Virus record (IMG/VR): IMGVR_UViG_3300040801_004532
Span: 1-64,000 of that record
Strand: one strand, 5' to 3'
Length of the DNA stretch: 64,000 nt
Every line of letters begins with the position of its first letter. Within the stretch, counting starts at the first letter, position 1. Below, one piece after another: positions 10,401-19,381 of the stretch. The position numbers were made by a program, and so were the translations under genes. The notes below the pieces were generated by a model that was not told the origin of the DNA, ran no database searches, and was given only the letters and a program-made list of their open reading frames with translations.

Positions 10401-11310
10401 TTACTGGAACATCTTCTCTAGTTGCAACCGCTTGTGTATCACCCACTTCCCCAATTCTGAATGTATCTGAGTCTTCCGAAAAGATAAATTGATAATTTGG
10501 TTCTGTGCCTCGATCTACTTCCATGCCAGCGGTTCCGGCTGTAACACCAGGACCTGTTTCGCCATCATTCACAACAATAATATTATCTGATGTAGTTACC
10601 TGTTGATTATGAATAACGAAGGTTGTTCCGTCAACAAACAGATCCCCGCTTATGGATACGTCTTGTGAGAAAACTGTTGATTCGCCATCTGTTCGTATAA
10701 CTTCTTCGCCATCAATTACTGTAGTTACATACCCTTCCCCAGTATCAACGACCTCAACATAAGAATCACCTTCTGAAATTTGATCTGTAGAAATATTGCC
10801 AATTTCTGTATCAACGTATGTTTTTACTGCTTGTTCTGTAGGAACTGCATCATCCGAGTCTCCAGATAAAGTTCCATCAGTTGAAAATTCATTGATTGAT
10901 GTTCCGCCCGCCAATGTTAATCCATCTGATGTCCATGTTCCAACTGTAGCTGTATTAATCACAACTTCAACATACGCAGTATTTGTACCGTCATCAACAA
11001 CCTGAACCCTTGAGTCATCTTGTGTAATTCTATCTGCCGCAAGAGAAGCAAATTTATTGTCAACGTATGTTTTTACTGCTTGTTCAGTAGGAACAGCATC
11101 ATCTGAATTTCCTATTAAAGTTCCATCAATTGTAAATTCATTAATAGAAGCACCATTTGCCAATGTTAAACCATCAGCATTAAATGTTGCAACTGTAGCG
11201 TTATCAATTTCGATTAAAGCTCGGCTATTTGATACATCGTCGATAACTCTGACTCTACTATCAGAGTCAAAAATTTGATCGAAAATGTTCCATCTTGGAC
11301 TATAAGCCAT
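7492..11310 (-). CDS. Long tail fibre-like structural protein
   Basis: 1272 aa; six copies of NEFxxDGTLxxxSDxx(V/I)PTExAVKxYVD; internal duplicated blocks. Confidence 0.75.
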   Translation of the reverse strand: MAYSPRWNIFDQIFDSDSRVRVIDDVSNSRALIEIDNATVATFNADGLTLANGASINEFTIDGTLIGNSDDAVPTEQAVKTYVDNKFASLAADRITQDDSRVQVVDDGTNTAYVEVVINTATVGTWTSDGLTLAGGTSINEFSTDGTLSGDSDDAVPTEQAVKTYVDTEIGNISTDQISEGDSYVEVVDTGEGYVTTVIDGEEVIRTDGESTVFSQDVSISGDLFVDGTTFVIHNQQVTTSDNIIVVNDGETGPGVTAGTAGMEVDRGTEPNYQFIFSEDSDTFRIGEVGDTQAVATREDVPVNLRVPWWNDTEKRFDTAGDAYITIDNVLDEVTMASGDSYVRIGDDGTATGYVEIVTDGVQVAYFDPDASTQRIGKAVGAGRIEVTDAQISMSIATTGVMTIAASGVSLQSGTSVNEFSIDGTLLGNSDNVIPTEKAVKTYVDNATSGISLDKIYEGDSYVEVVDDGTSTGYVTIVTDGVEVAHFDPSSSTQRIGKASAAGRIEVSDTQIQLNIGASNEMAVTSGSIITNGSSIFDAGDYTNNTGSVPYLYRSSTWVGIGAANDLSYYYIDGDGNTYIYATATDAVIDIAADGSITADSNYGGITLTVYDYGYLGTALEGRAYFEANDPEGGDPNIRLGTLGGEIKVDSSVAGDNAKLTYTVGTGFSEQVFMDIDYTYNYFGSTDVGSYLKISTGQDSTASESISLYSGNDKAFEKIAGGITSVFYDPNNYIEIGATDAEVAPEYITMNVAASTVGTFTSEGLTLASGASINEFSTDGTLVGNSDDAVPTEKAVKTYVDQATGQVARDKIYEGDSYVEVVDDGTASGYVTIVTDGVEVAHFDPDSSTQRIGKASAAGRLLVTDEYLYGYIDTRVILDANEERINLGDESEAYVSIDQTSNIITVSESSVVAATFTEFGLTLTTGATVNEFSTDGTLSGNSDSAIPTEKAVKAYVDASNPDILIGQTPNYMFYVDSTGAAATTSFVQSDGVSLFDVGDYTNLSGSNNYIYCDTDSQDWIGLGLAGDETYVYLEGSSGYLYLYATETGANVDILADTNITAYAGSRATFGISGSTYFDADDSVTPSLKIFRGGTTIFENDGVGTFVRADSNTFINVWEGGKSNPDIRFYVDTQAAATLYSTGLYLSTGATVNEFSTDGTLTDNSDSAVPTEQAVKTYVDTSIDTLREVKYVSSDTTAVNGEILLVDTTAGDVNIDLFEGVDAQITIKKITSDSNSVIVSTTPGTIDGLASKSIDAYNSAYTFVSDGSDFYII

Positions 11311-11370
11311 TTTAATAAACCCCCATTAGTAATTTATAATTTATTCTAAACTAAAAACAATTTATAATAA

Positions 11371-11958
11371 TTAGACTGCATAAAAATTCGATGCATCGCA
11401 TAAGAAAGTATAAGATTCATTCTCCTGACTAATTATAAATTGGCTATTCCCATCAACCAATCCTGAATTTCCTTGAACATAAACAACATTTGAATCTGAA
11501 GTTATTTTCTTTATAATATATCGTCCATTCCCTGTGTTTATAAGGGTAATGGTTACATCACCATTGGTAGTATCAACAAGGAGAGCTTCTGCGTCAACTG
11601 CGTTGTCATTTGAACTTACATGTCTTAAAGTATATCCGGCTGAAATCGACGCGATTTGGGTGTCAACATAAGTCTTAACCGCCCGTTCCGTAGGAACTGC
11701 AGTATCTGAGTTTCCTACTAATGTTCCGTCTGTTGAGAACTCAGCAATAGTAGATCCGGTTGGTAAAGAAAGGGTAGTAAACTTGCCACTACTTGGATTT
11801 GTTGCCCCGATTGGTCTTGGAGATGCAAACAAATCCTGAGTAGTGATGTTCATTGTTAGATCGGGGTCTTCGCTTACATCTACTATTGCTAACAGATCAG
11901 CATCATCAGCTTGAGTTAATGGATCAAGTTCTGAAATCCTTTTGTCATCATCTGCCAT
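11371..11958 (-). CDS. Short fibre-related structural protein
   Basis: One EFSTDGTL repeat; C-terminal LLVDTTxGDV...KKITSDSN domain shared with 7492-11310. Confidence 0.65.
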   Translation of the reverse strand: MADDDKRISELDPLTQADDADLLAIVDVSEDPDLTMNITTQDLFASPRPIGATNPSSGKFTTLSLPTGSTIAEFSTDGTLVGNSDTAVPTERAVKTYVDTQIASISAGYTLRHVSSNDNAVDAEALLVDTTNGDVTITLINTGNGRYIIKKITSDSNVVYVQGNSGLVDGNSQFIISQENESYTFLCDASNFYAV

Positions 11959-11977
11959 TGTATATACTCATCCTTTT

Positions 11978-12256
11978 TTAGTCGTCAACTAAAATTCCAT
12001 CATTTGAGTAAAGTGAATCTAGTTTGCTTCCTGTAAGGGTACCATAATCATTTGAGTATTTTCGCATAGCGGCCTGTAGCAGATTAAGTTTTTCCAGAAG
12101 CTGATATGCTGTACTTACAATCTCGATTTCAATTGGCTCTGGATCGTTCTTGTTTTCTAACTCATCAAGTAACGACGAGATCGAACCGAGAGCACTCTTC
12201 ATGGAGTCTGACTGTAGCTCATTAAGAATGTTGGCTACTTGATTGGGTTTTGACAT
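11978..12256 (-). CDS. Hypothetical protein
   Basis: 92-aa ORF with GGGAG SD, co-oriented with neighbours. Confidence 0.6.
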   Translation of the reverse strand: MSKPNQVANILNELQSDSMKSALGSISSLLDELENKNDPEPIEIEIVSTAYQLLEKLNLLQAAMRKYSNDYGTLTGSKLDSLYSNDGILVDD

Positions 12257-12338
12257 TAAATTGCTCTCCCTCTTAATAGATTAAAACTTTTATAATGCGA
12301 AATACTTTAAAATTTAATATCCTTACAGTTTTGTCTAG

Positions 12339-12677
12339 TTATTCTATTGATTTCTTTGGATCTGGTCCCGATACAATTTTTGTGATACTTCGTCTTAAAA
12401 GATTTTCTTGTTCTGGGTTTGCCATTTTAATATCGACCATGGTTTTTAAAGCTACAATATTTTTCATATCTCCAACTTCTTTTTGCATCATATAGGCTCG
12501 ATTATGAGATGCCTCAAGATTATCCGCAATAACATTTATTGCACACTCTTCGATTGGATATGTTTCTCCAGTTTTCTCGTTGTATCTCACACCTTTTCTA
12601 TATAGAACACAATTTTCATCACATGGTTTCAAATTTCTAAAAGGACACTTTCCTCTTTTATTCTTCTTTGATAGCAT
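12339..12677 (-). CDS. Hypothetical protein with CPF...C...C...C metal-binding motif
   Basis: 112-aa ORF with SD. Confidence 0.6.
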   Translation of the reverse strand: MLSKKNKRGKCPFRNLKPCDENCVLYRKGVRYNEKTGETYPIEECAINVIADNLEASHNRAYMMQKEVGDMKNIVALKTMVDIKMANPEQENLLRRSITKIVSGPDPKKSIE

Positions 12678-12689
12678 TAAGATTCTCCC

Positions 12690-14498
12690 TTATATTCTTG
12701 TTTGTTTCGTAAAGTTTACGCCCTTTGGACGCCATTCAACATTTCCCACAATTCCTTCTGTTTCCCCTCCATGCTCATGAGATCCAGCTGGTTCAGTTGT
12801 ATCATAATTATCAGGTGCTCGTTTAATTGTAAACCCTTGGCCGCTTGTTGCTTGTCTAAAATAATTAATATTTGTACTATCTACATTCTCCAATGTAACA
12901 GTCAAATCATGGTCATGGTTTCCAACCAAATCAATAACATGCTCATGGGCGGGGAATGTCCATGTGCTTCCAGTTGTATCCGACCCTCCAACCTGACCTC
13001 CAGCCGCAGAACCTTTGGTAATATATACAACCGTATCATCTACATCTGTATCAAGGGTATAACCAATTACTGCTGTGTCTTTATAGAATAGAATTGTTTC
13101 TCCGGAAGGAATGGCTGGTACTGCGTGGTCTGCATCTGTGTGTGGATTGGCTGAAAAACCAGTATGTCCAGATGAACCAAAATCCAGGTTATATAAAGCT
13201 GAGTGATCTGTGGCGCTTGCTTCAACTTTACTATAACCTGCTGAATTTCCTGACATTATCACATAGTTTAATGTGATAGTATTAGTTGACATTATAATTC
13301 TTAATGTGTTGCCACCATCTCTAACCTCAACTGCTGTTGGAACAATTTGTCTATTGTTTGAGTCATCATACCATTGACAAATATAAGCATTGCTTCCATC
13401 CAATTGTGAAACGTCAATATCCTCGTAATAACCAAGTGCATGAACATTGGATGGGGTAACCTGTCCTTCAACACCAAAACCTATAACTACTTTTGGATCA
13501 AAAATCATATCAATTCTGGTTGTTGAATTTCCAGATGAAAGTGCTCTACCAACAACTTGATAAAACGGTCTCGTTCTTACGTTTGTAACAGTTCCAGGAT
13601 CTGTATTTGAAAGGTATAGTAAATCTCCAGTTGAAACAATAGATCCGGTTTCAACAGGAACTTGTTCTACAAATCCAGAAACCGATGCTCGTCCGCTTCC
13701 CCCAACAGCAAGTCCAATTCCTAGGGTAACAATATCAGCTCCAGTATCAACACCGGTGGCAATGGCGAGTTGTGCTACACGGTTGTTGTCAACATAGCAA
13801 AGAGAACCAACTGTAACTCCAGTTGTATCAATTGTATTAATATCAATCGTAACACCGCCAGCGGTTAATTCTCTCCATTCGCTTAAATGACCAAAGAAAA
13901 ATTTATCGTTGGATGTCTCAAATATAATCCTTCCTTGGTCTCGCTCATCGTCAAATGTTGGTCTTGTTACTGCACCACCCGCATAATATCTTAAGTATTG
14001 TCTTTCGTTGGTTGGTGTATCAGGATCGTAATCATAGAGTGCGTCAATGACGTGGGGGGAAACAATATTTAATTCAACGACCTTTAATAGGATATAATTC
14101 GTACTTAGACTTAATAGATTTCGTTCTGTCGGTTTTAAAATCTTGATGCTTGCTTGTGGAGCAGGTCGTGATTTAGCGTATGCATAGTCTAAAACAACAT
14201 AATGATAACCGCCTTGTTGAGGTAAAACTGTAGATGGGTTAACATAATTCTCGGCTTTTGAAAAATCAACCTGATGTGGGCTAGTTATGTGAATTAAGAC
14301 GTCATCCTTAATTGCATATCCTTCGCTAACCACAACGGTATCAGTTGGAGATGTCGAGTCAATTGTAACTTGTAAAGACCCAACTGTCAGAAGCCCCTCA
14401 ACATCGTGGCTAACCATTTGAGTGATCTTATTAACCACATTGCTGTTATAGGATGCAAACGGATCAATCATCCTCTCTTGACTTGGGATACTCGCCAT
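12690..14498 (-). CDS. Virion structural protein (baseplate/fibre-like, HxH motifs near C-terminus)
   Basis: 602 aa; GDLLYLS..PG.V...VGRA segment; HEH/HDH/HEH motifs as in metal-binding fibre tips. Confidence 0.55.
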   Translation of the reverse strand: MASIPSQERMIDPFASYNSNVVNKITQMVSHDVEGLLTVGSLQVTIDSTSPTDTVVVSEGYAIKDDVLIHITSPHQVDFSKAENYVNPSTVLPQQGGYHYVVLDYAYAKSRPAPQASIKILKPTERNLLSLSTNYILLKVVELNIVSPHVIDALYDYDPDTPTNERQYLRYYAGGAVTRPTFDDERDQGRIIFETSNDKFFFGHLSEWRELTAGGVTIDINTIDTTGVTVGSLCYVDNNRVAQLAIATGVDTGADIVTLGIGLAVGGSGRASVSGFVEQVPVETGSIVSTGDLLYLSNTDPGTVTNVRTRPFYQVVGRALSSGNSTTRIDMIFDPKVVIGFGVEGQVTPSNVHALGYYEDIDVSQLDGSNAYICQWYDDSNNRQIVPTAVEVRDGGNTLRIIMSTNTITLNYVIMSGNSAGYSKVEASATDHSALYNLDFGSSGHTGFSANPHTDADHAVPAIPSGETILFYKDTAVIGYTLDTDVDDTVVYITKGSAAGGQVGGSDTTGSTWTFPAHEHVIDLVGNHDHDLTVTLENVDSTNINYFRQATSGQGFTIKRAPDNYDTTEPAGSHEHGGETEGIVGNVEWRPKGVNFTKQTRI

Positions 14499-14575
14499 TA
14501 GTTTAATATCTCCTTACTATTTATCACTCTAACAAATTAGAAAATTCTTGCTGTAGGATCATCACTTGCATTTTA

Positions 14576-14588
14576 TTTTTGTTCTAAA
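14576..14588 (-). promoter_or_regulatory. Putative late promoter TTTAGAACAAAAA
   Basis: Motif recurs upstream of many structural and replication genes (see findings). Confidence 0.6.
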
Positions 14589-14642
14589 TTTTTATTATTA
14601 TTAGATTTGTACCGAGAAGTATTTTTGGTAATGAGATGGCAT

Positions 14643-14662
14643 CTATATATATTAATAACCGA
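14643..14662 (+). promoter_or_regulatory. Putative early promoter CTATATATAT-WAATW-NNN-GA
   Basis: Five identically spaced copies in the window. Confidence 0.55.
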
Positions 14663-14699
14663 AGAGGTGAATTTGTCTTGCGGAATTTAGAAAAGGAAA

Positions 14700-14725
14700 G
14701 GGCGCTTCTACATATAGAAGCGCCC
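14700..14725 (-). terminator. Intrinsic terminator hairpin
   Basis: GGGCGCTTCTA/TAGAAGCGCCC stem, then TTTCCTTTT on the minus strand. Confidence 0.65.
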
Positions 14726-14802
14726 GTAACATGCTAATAACTATCAATGATAACTCATTGGTAATTTATCATATTTTTGTTCTAAAAACAGGAACACATT
14801 AG

Positions 14803-15444
14803 TTACAATCTTTCTAATGCAGAAGAGATATCTTGTATCCTAGGAGGGTTAGCAGTAATCTCAACGATTTTCCATCCATGTTGCTCAAGTTTTAAATTTT
14901 TATTTGGGTCAATATATGCTTCTTTATTATGCCAAAATGTTTTTGGAAATTGTATTACAATCTTCAAAACCGGGTCACAGAAGTCTGTAATGAACTCAAA
15001 CACGATTCTGCCAGCGACCTCCTGCCTTATCATGTAATCTTTTTTTACATTCGTGAAATAGGCTCTAAGAAGGTCAAGTACCTGATCCTTACTATTACAA
15101 CAAATATCATTGGACTTCTTTTCATTAAGCATTTTAGAAAAATCAATTTCTTCTTCAATTTCAGGTTCTACAACTTCAATCTCCTCTCCCATATCTTCAG
15201 GAAGCTCGTCGATCTTTTCAAGTTCTTCTTTTACAAATACTTGTTTTTCCTTCCCGTATTTTGATGAAGCATTAAATTCTTCTGATGAAAGAGGAGCATC
15301 GGGAAATCGTAATTTATATTCAGCATATTTTATTGAGTGGTTAGATGAAAGATGTCTAGGCGAAATCACCAAAAAGGGTTTACCACAAAGCTGACAAATT
15401 ACTCGTCCTTTTTCATCAAAAAATGGGTGCTCATATTCGCTCAT
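14803..15444 (-). CDS. C2H2-type zinc finger plus DUF559/Vsr-like nuclease-fold protein
   Basis: CQLC...HLSSNH; C-terminal TDF.DP.LKIVIQF..TFWH...GWK. Confidence 0.55.
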   Translation of the reverse strand: MSEYEHPFFDEKGRVICQLCGKPFLVISPRHLSSNHSIKYAEYKLRFPDAPLSSEEFNASSKYGKEKQVFVKEELEKIDELPEDMGEEIEVVEPEIEEEIDFSKMLNEKKSNDICCNSKDQVLDLLRAYFTNVKKDYMIRQEVAGRIVFEFITDFCDPVLKIVIQFPKTFWHNKEAYIDPNKNLKLEQHGWKIVEITANPPRIQDISSALERL

Positions 15445-15511
15445 TTCATTTCTCCTTATAAATTAATATTCAAACACAATTTAATATTTGTTCTAAAATG
15501 GAGGCAATCAG

Positions 15512-15985
15512 GTGGACCTACAAAAATTTATTTGGAGGAAAATTTTGAATGTAGAACAAAATCCACTTCTAGTATTAAACATTGATGAGAAGCTCCCATA
15601 TCATTTTATAATAGGAGTAGCGATACATACTATGAGATCTAAGGAACGTGGAAAAATGTTTCTTAAATATGGACCGCTAAGATTTACTAATGATGATATA
15701 AAAAGACTACAAAACGCAGCGTTATTATCAACCGATAAATTATTCAAAACATCACAGCTAGATTGTATCAAAATTGCAAATGTTGAAGAATTAGTTTCAA
15801 CCTTTAGTGCTATGAAATTATCATGTGCTGTAAATCAATGCAGCCTACATCATTTTTCTTCTGAGTATGATATAGAGGATGAATGGTTTGATACGCTTGT
15901 TAAGATGGCGAATACAGATAAGCACTCGGAGGAATTATTGGATAATGCACAAATCAACTATAAACCATTTCACTTCGGACAATGA
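15512..15985 (+). CDS. Hypothetical protein
   Basis: 157-aa ORF, GGAGG SD, GTG start. Confidence 0.6.
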   Translation: MDLQKFIWRKILNVEQNPLLVLNIDEKLPYHFIIGVAIHTMRSKERGKMFLKYGPLRFTNDDIKRLQNAALLSTDKLFKTSQLDCIKIANVEELVSTFSAMKLSCAVNQCSLHHFSSEYDIEDEWFDTLVKMANTDKHSEELLDNAQINYKPFHFGQ

Positions 15986-16454
15986 AGAATATAGTAATTT
16001 TTATCCTGTCGAAGTACAATTCGAAGGAATAGTATATCCTTCAGTTGAACATGCTTTTGTAGCAGCTAAAAGTCTAAATATAATGTTCAGAAAAGAGATT
16101 TCAGAGATGCCAGCTGATTCTGCTGGACTAGCAAAAAGAAAAGGAAGAAAAGTTAAACTACGCCCAGATTGGGATCTGATTAAGTTAAGAGTCATGAGAG
16201 AATTGTTAGATCAAAAATTTAGGCAACCTAAATTTAAAGAGAAACTATTAGCCAGCGGAGATGCTGAAATAATTGAAGGAAACTATTGGCATGATAACTA
16301 TTGGGGTGATTGCTATTGTAAAAAATGTATAAATATAAAAGGAAAAAATCACCTAGGAAGACTTATTATGAAAATAAGAGAGGAAATCAAAAATGAAGAT
16401 CTTAGTAACCGGAGATATACACAACGAGTTCGGACGATTAAACGAACTAATTAA
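15945..16454 (+). CDS. NADAR (YbiA-like) family protein
   Basis: SNFY...YPSVEHAFVAAK...AKRKGR...W...M...KF.Q...LL.SG...IEGN.W.D.YWG...G.N.LG..IM.IR. Confidence 0.9.
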   Translation: MHKSTINHFTSDNEEYSNFYPVEVQFEGIVYPSVEHAFVAAKSLNIMFRKEISEMPADSAGLAKRKGRKVKLRPDWDLIKLRVMRELLDQKFRQPKFKEKLLASGDAEIIEGNYWHDNYWGDCYCKKCINIKGKNHLGRLIMKIREEIKNEDLSNRRYTQRVRTIKRTN

Positions 16455-17070
16455 CAAGAAACAACCTGATATGATAATTTGTTGTGGGGATTTTGGTTAT
16501 TGGCCAAAAATTGAGTCGCTAGAAAAACTATCAAATATCAAACTTCAATCAGCAAAAAAATTGCTATGGTGTGATGGAAATCATGAAGATCATTGGTCTC
16601 TAAAAGAAAGAGAAACAGATGAACTAGCACCAAATATTTTTTATATGCCAAGAGGATCAACATATACTTTAGATGATGGGAGAGTAATCTTATTTATGGG
16701 CGGAGCAGATTCAATTGATAAAGAGTGGAGAAGACTGGGTGTTGATTGGTTTCCAGAAGAAATAATCTCACAAAAAGATTTTGAAAATCTGCCTGATTAT
16801 AATACTAGAATTGATATTATTATTTCACATACATGCCCCGAGTGCTTAGTTGATGAAATGCGAAAAACTTATCCTGAAAAGGGATATGAACCATCTAACA
16901 CAGCATTATCAAGGCTGTTAAATATCTACAAACCAGATTTATGGTTTTTCGGTCACTGGCACAGTTATAGAGAAGGTGTTGTTGAAAACACTAAATGGTA
17001 TGCTCTTTCAGCTCCTGGTTTTGAAACTAGATGGTGGATGTGGTTACCAGAAAGGAGGCGAGTTTTTTAA
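16393..17070 (+). CDS. Calcineurin-like metallophosphoesterase
   Basis: GDIH, GDFG, GNHE, SHT and GHWH motifs. Confidence 0.9.
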   Translation: MKILVTGDIHNEFGRLNELINKKQPDMIICCGDFGYWPKIESLEKLSNIKLQSAKKLLWCDGNHEDHWSLKERETDELAPNIFYMPRGSTYTLDDGRVILFMGGADSIDKEWRRLGVDWFPEEIISQKDFENLPDYNTRIDIIISHTCPECLVDEMRKTYPEKGYEPSNTALSRLLNIYKPDLWFFGHWHSYREGVVENTKWYALSAPGFETRWWMWLPERRRVF

Positions 17071-17119
17071 TTTAATTGCTAGTAAATCTTTTTACAACAA
17101 AACCAAAACGGAGGTCTAA

Positions 17120-18886
17120 ATGACGTTAATCATCATGTTCGTGATCTTTCTACTGGCAGCAATTTTTGTTCCGAAATTCATCCCGGACGTCAAATACAAT
17201 CGTGGATACGATGATGTCCAAACAAAAGATATGGGCTGGATTCGTAATACGGTGCGGGGAGCATGCGTCGTTTTGGCAATCCTATGCTTCCTCAGCATGA
17301 GCTGCTTCACCATTGATTCTGACAGCGTTGGCCATATGAAACGGGTATATTTTGGAGAATCCATGCCCTCTGGCCGGATCATTGCAGATCAAAATCAAAA
17401 GGGGCCGCAGGCAAACATTATCGCTCCTGGATTCCATCTGATGCCATTCATTAAGGTTACCCACGATATCGAAGAACTTCCTTTGATTGAAGTTCCCGAA
17501 GGACAGTATGGGTACCTTGTTGCAAAAGATGGTCGTCCCATGCCCGATGGACAATTCATTGCCTCAGCATGGGAGAATGTAAGTGATATGATCAATGCTG
17601 AAAAATTCATGGGCTACCTGGATGAGTCTGAAACCCCGTTGGGAATCAAAGGTCCCCAACTTACCGTTCTCCCGCCTGGCCAATACCGGGTCAATCGCTA
17701 TTTGTTTGATGTTTATGCCGACACCGCAACAGATGTTCCAATCGGTCATGTGGCCGTGGTCAAGTCCAACGTGGGAGATCATTACAATGGTGATCCGATC
17801 CTTCCGACTGGGGTTGACAAAACCACACTTTCCGTCCCGATTGTTCCGAAAGGACATAAAGGGGTTTGGAACGAAGTTCTTCGGCCGGATCGTTATTACC
17901 TAAACAAAAAAGCATATGATATTATTATCATTCCAACACAGGTTCAAACCTGGAAATATCTAGGAGGATACGAACGTCGTTTTATTGATCTAACCCTAAA
18001 TGACGATGGCAAAATTCAACAACATGTACGAAGCCTTCAGGTTGACATTCCAAAAGATGCAGCCGATGGTTCAGTTCTTCTTCGCGTTGAAAACTGGGAT
18101 GTCTTTCAGGATGCAAGAATCCAGGTTCAGGTCACCCCGGAAAATGCTCCATTTGTTGTTGCAGCAGCGGGAGGAATTTCCGCCATCGAAGACAAAATTA
18201 TGACTCCGACATTTAGGAGTGTTCTTCGTAATGAAGCTGCAAAAAATATTGTAGAAACTACAGAGGTAAAGGGTAAAGAAACAAAAATCAGTCGCCCAAG
18301 AAGAGTTCTTGATCTTCTTTATAAAAGAGAGGGCCTGGAAAGTGCAGTCGAGAGCAAGCTGATTCCAGAAGGCGAGAAATATGGTCTGACAGTTATGGAA
18401 GTCAGATTTGGGGATCCGGTTGTTCCTCCCGAACTATTGGTTCCTGGCAAAAGAAAACAGCTCGCCGAATCCTTGATGGCAACCTATAAACAGGAGCAAG
18501 AAGCGCAAATCAAGCGTGTTGAATCTGAACGAGAACGAGCCCGAGCAGATCAGCAACCTGTCCTGATGAAATCTGAGATTGGAATCAAGGTGGCTGACAA
18601 TGAAAAGAAAGCCCGAATCAAACGAGGTGAAGGTGAAGAAGCTTATTTGAAAGCTGTCGCCAACGGGCAAAGGGCTCAGGCTACTGTACTCGGGCAGGAT
18701 CGTGCCTTCGAACTGGCATATGTTGAAAAGATCCTTGAAGCAGCAGTTAAAAATCCGGAGATTATCAAATACCCCGGAACACTCGTCATGGGATCAACTG
18801 GCGGGTTTGAAGGTGCAGCAGCAATTCTCGGTCGAAGCAATCTCAATATGGGACTGGCAACCCCCGTGCCTGCTGTAACCAAGTAG
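17120..18886 (+). CDS. SPFH/band-7 (flotillin-like) membrane protein
   Basis: Two N-terminal TM segments, repeated PGxY/H beta units, SPFH-like core, C-terminal coiled coil. Confidence 0.8.
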   Translation: MTLIIMFVIFLLAAIFVPKFIPDVKYNRGYDDVQTKDMGWIRNTVRGACVVLAILCFLSMSCFTIDSDSVGHMKRVYFGESMPSGRIIADQNQKGPQANIIAPGFHLMPFIKVTHDIEELPLIEVPEGQYGYLVAKDGRPMPDGQFIASAWENVSDMINAEKFMGYLDESETPLGIKGPQLTVLPPGQYRVNRYLFDVYADTATDVPIGHVAVVKSNVGDHYNGDPILPTGVDKTTLSVPIVPKGHKGVWNEVLRPDRYYLNKKAYDIIIIPTQVQTWKYLGGYERRFIDLTLNDDGKIQQHVRSLQVDIPKDAADGSVLLRVENWDVFQDARIQVQVTPENAPFVVAAAGGISAIEDKIMTPTFRSVLRNEAAKNIVETTEVKGKETKISRPRRVLDLLYKREGLESAVESKLIPEGEKYGLTVMEVRFGDPVVPPELLVPGKRKQLAESLMATYKQEQEAQIKRVESERERARADQQPVLMKSEIGIKVADNEKKARIKRGEGEEAYLKAVANGQRAQATVLGQDRAFELAYVEKILEAAVKNPEIIKYPGTLVMGSTGGFEGAAAILGRSNLNMGLATPVPAVTK

Positions 18887-18937
18887 AATGAAAAGGTGGG
18901 AGGGGAGTATTCCTCCCACCTTTCCCAAGGAGCTAAA

Positions 18938-19324
18938 ATGTCAGATCAAATTTATATTGGAGCATTTGATGGGTCTGCAAAACCAAATCCTGGCGAAATA
19001 ACAATTGGCGGATGGATTGCAGATTCTGATAAAAAAACGCTTATTTCATTTACCGAAAAAATCGGCTATGGTACAAACAATGAAGCAGAATATCTAGCAT
19101 TTATAAGGCTCCTAAAGGAGGCAAAAGGATTAGGGATTAAAAAATTATCAATAAAGGGAGATTCCTCATTAGTTGTAAATCAAATAAACGGCACATGGAA
19201 AATAAAAGAACCAAGGATGAAGGAGTTAAACAATAAGGCCCATTCTATTATGGAAGGAATGGTTATAAAACTAACTCATGTAAAACGAAAATTTAACATC
19301 GTTGCAGACTCACTAACCAGGTAA
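18938..19324 (+). CDS. rnhA: Ribonuclease HI
   Basis: FDGSAKPNPG, TNNEAEY, GDSSLVVNQ, HVKR..N..AD motifs. Confidence 0.9.
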   Translation: MSDQIYIGAFDGSAKPNPGEITIGGWIADSDKKTLISFTEKIGYGTNNEAEYLAFIRLLKEAKGLGIKKLSIKGDSSLVVNQINGTWKIKEPRMKELNNKAHSIMEGMVIKLTHVKRKFNIVADSLTR

Positions 19325-19381
19325 CCTTGGAATACAACAGTTTCCTTGCATGGTTATCAATTTCAAAGAAAGGATTTCAAC

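Noticed and set aside
14643-14662. Archaeal TATA box implying an archaeal virus
   Set aside because: bS21, GroES, a bacterial-type initiator tRNA and T4-like head genes point to a bacterial host
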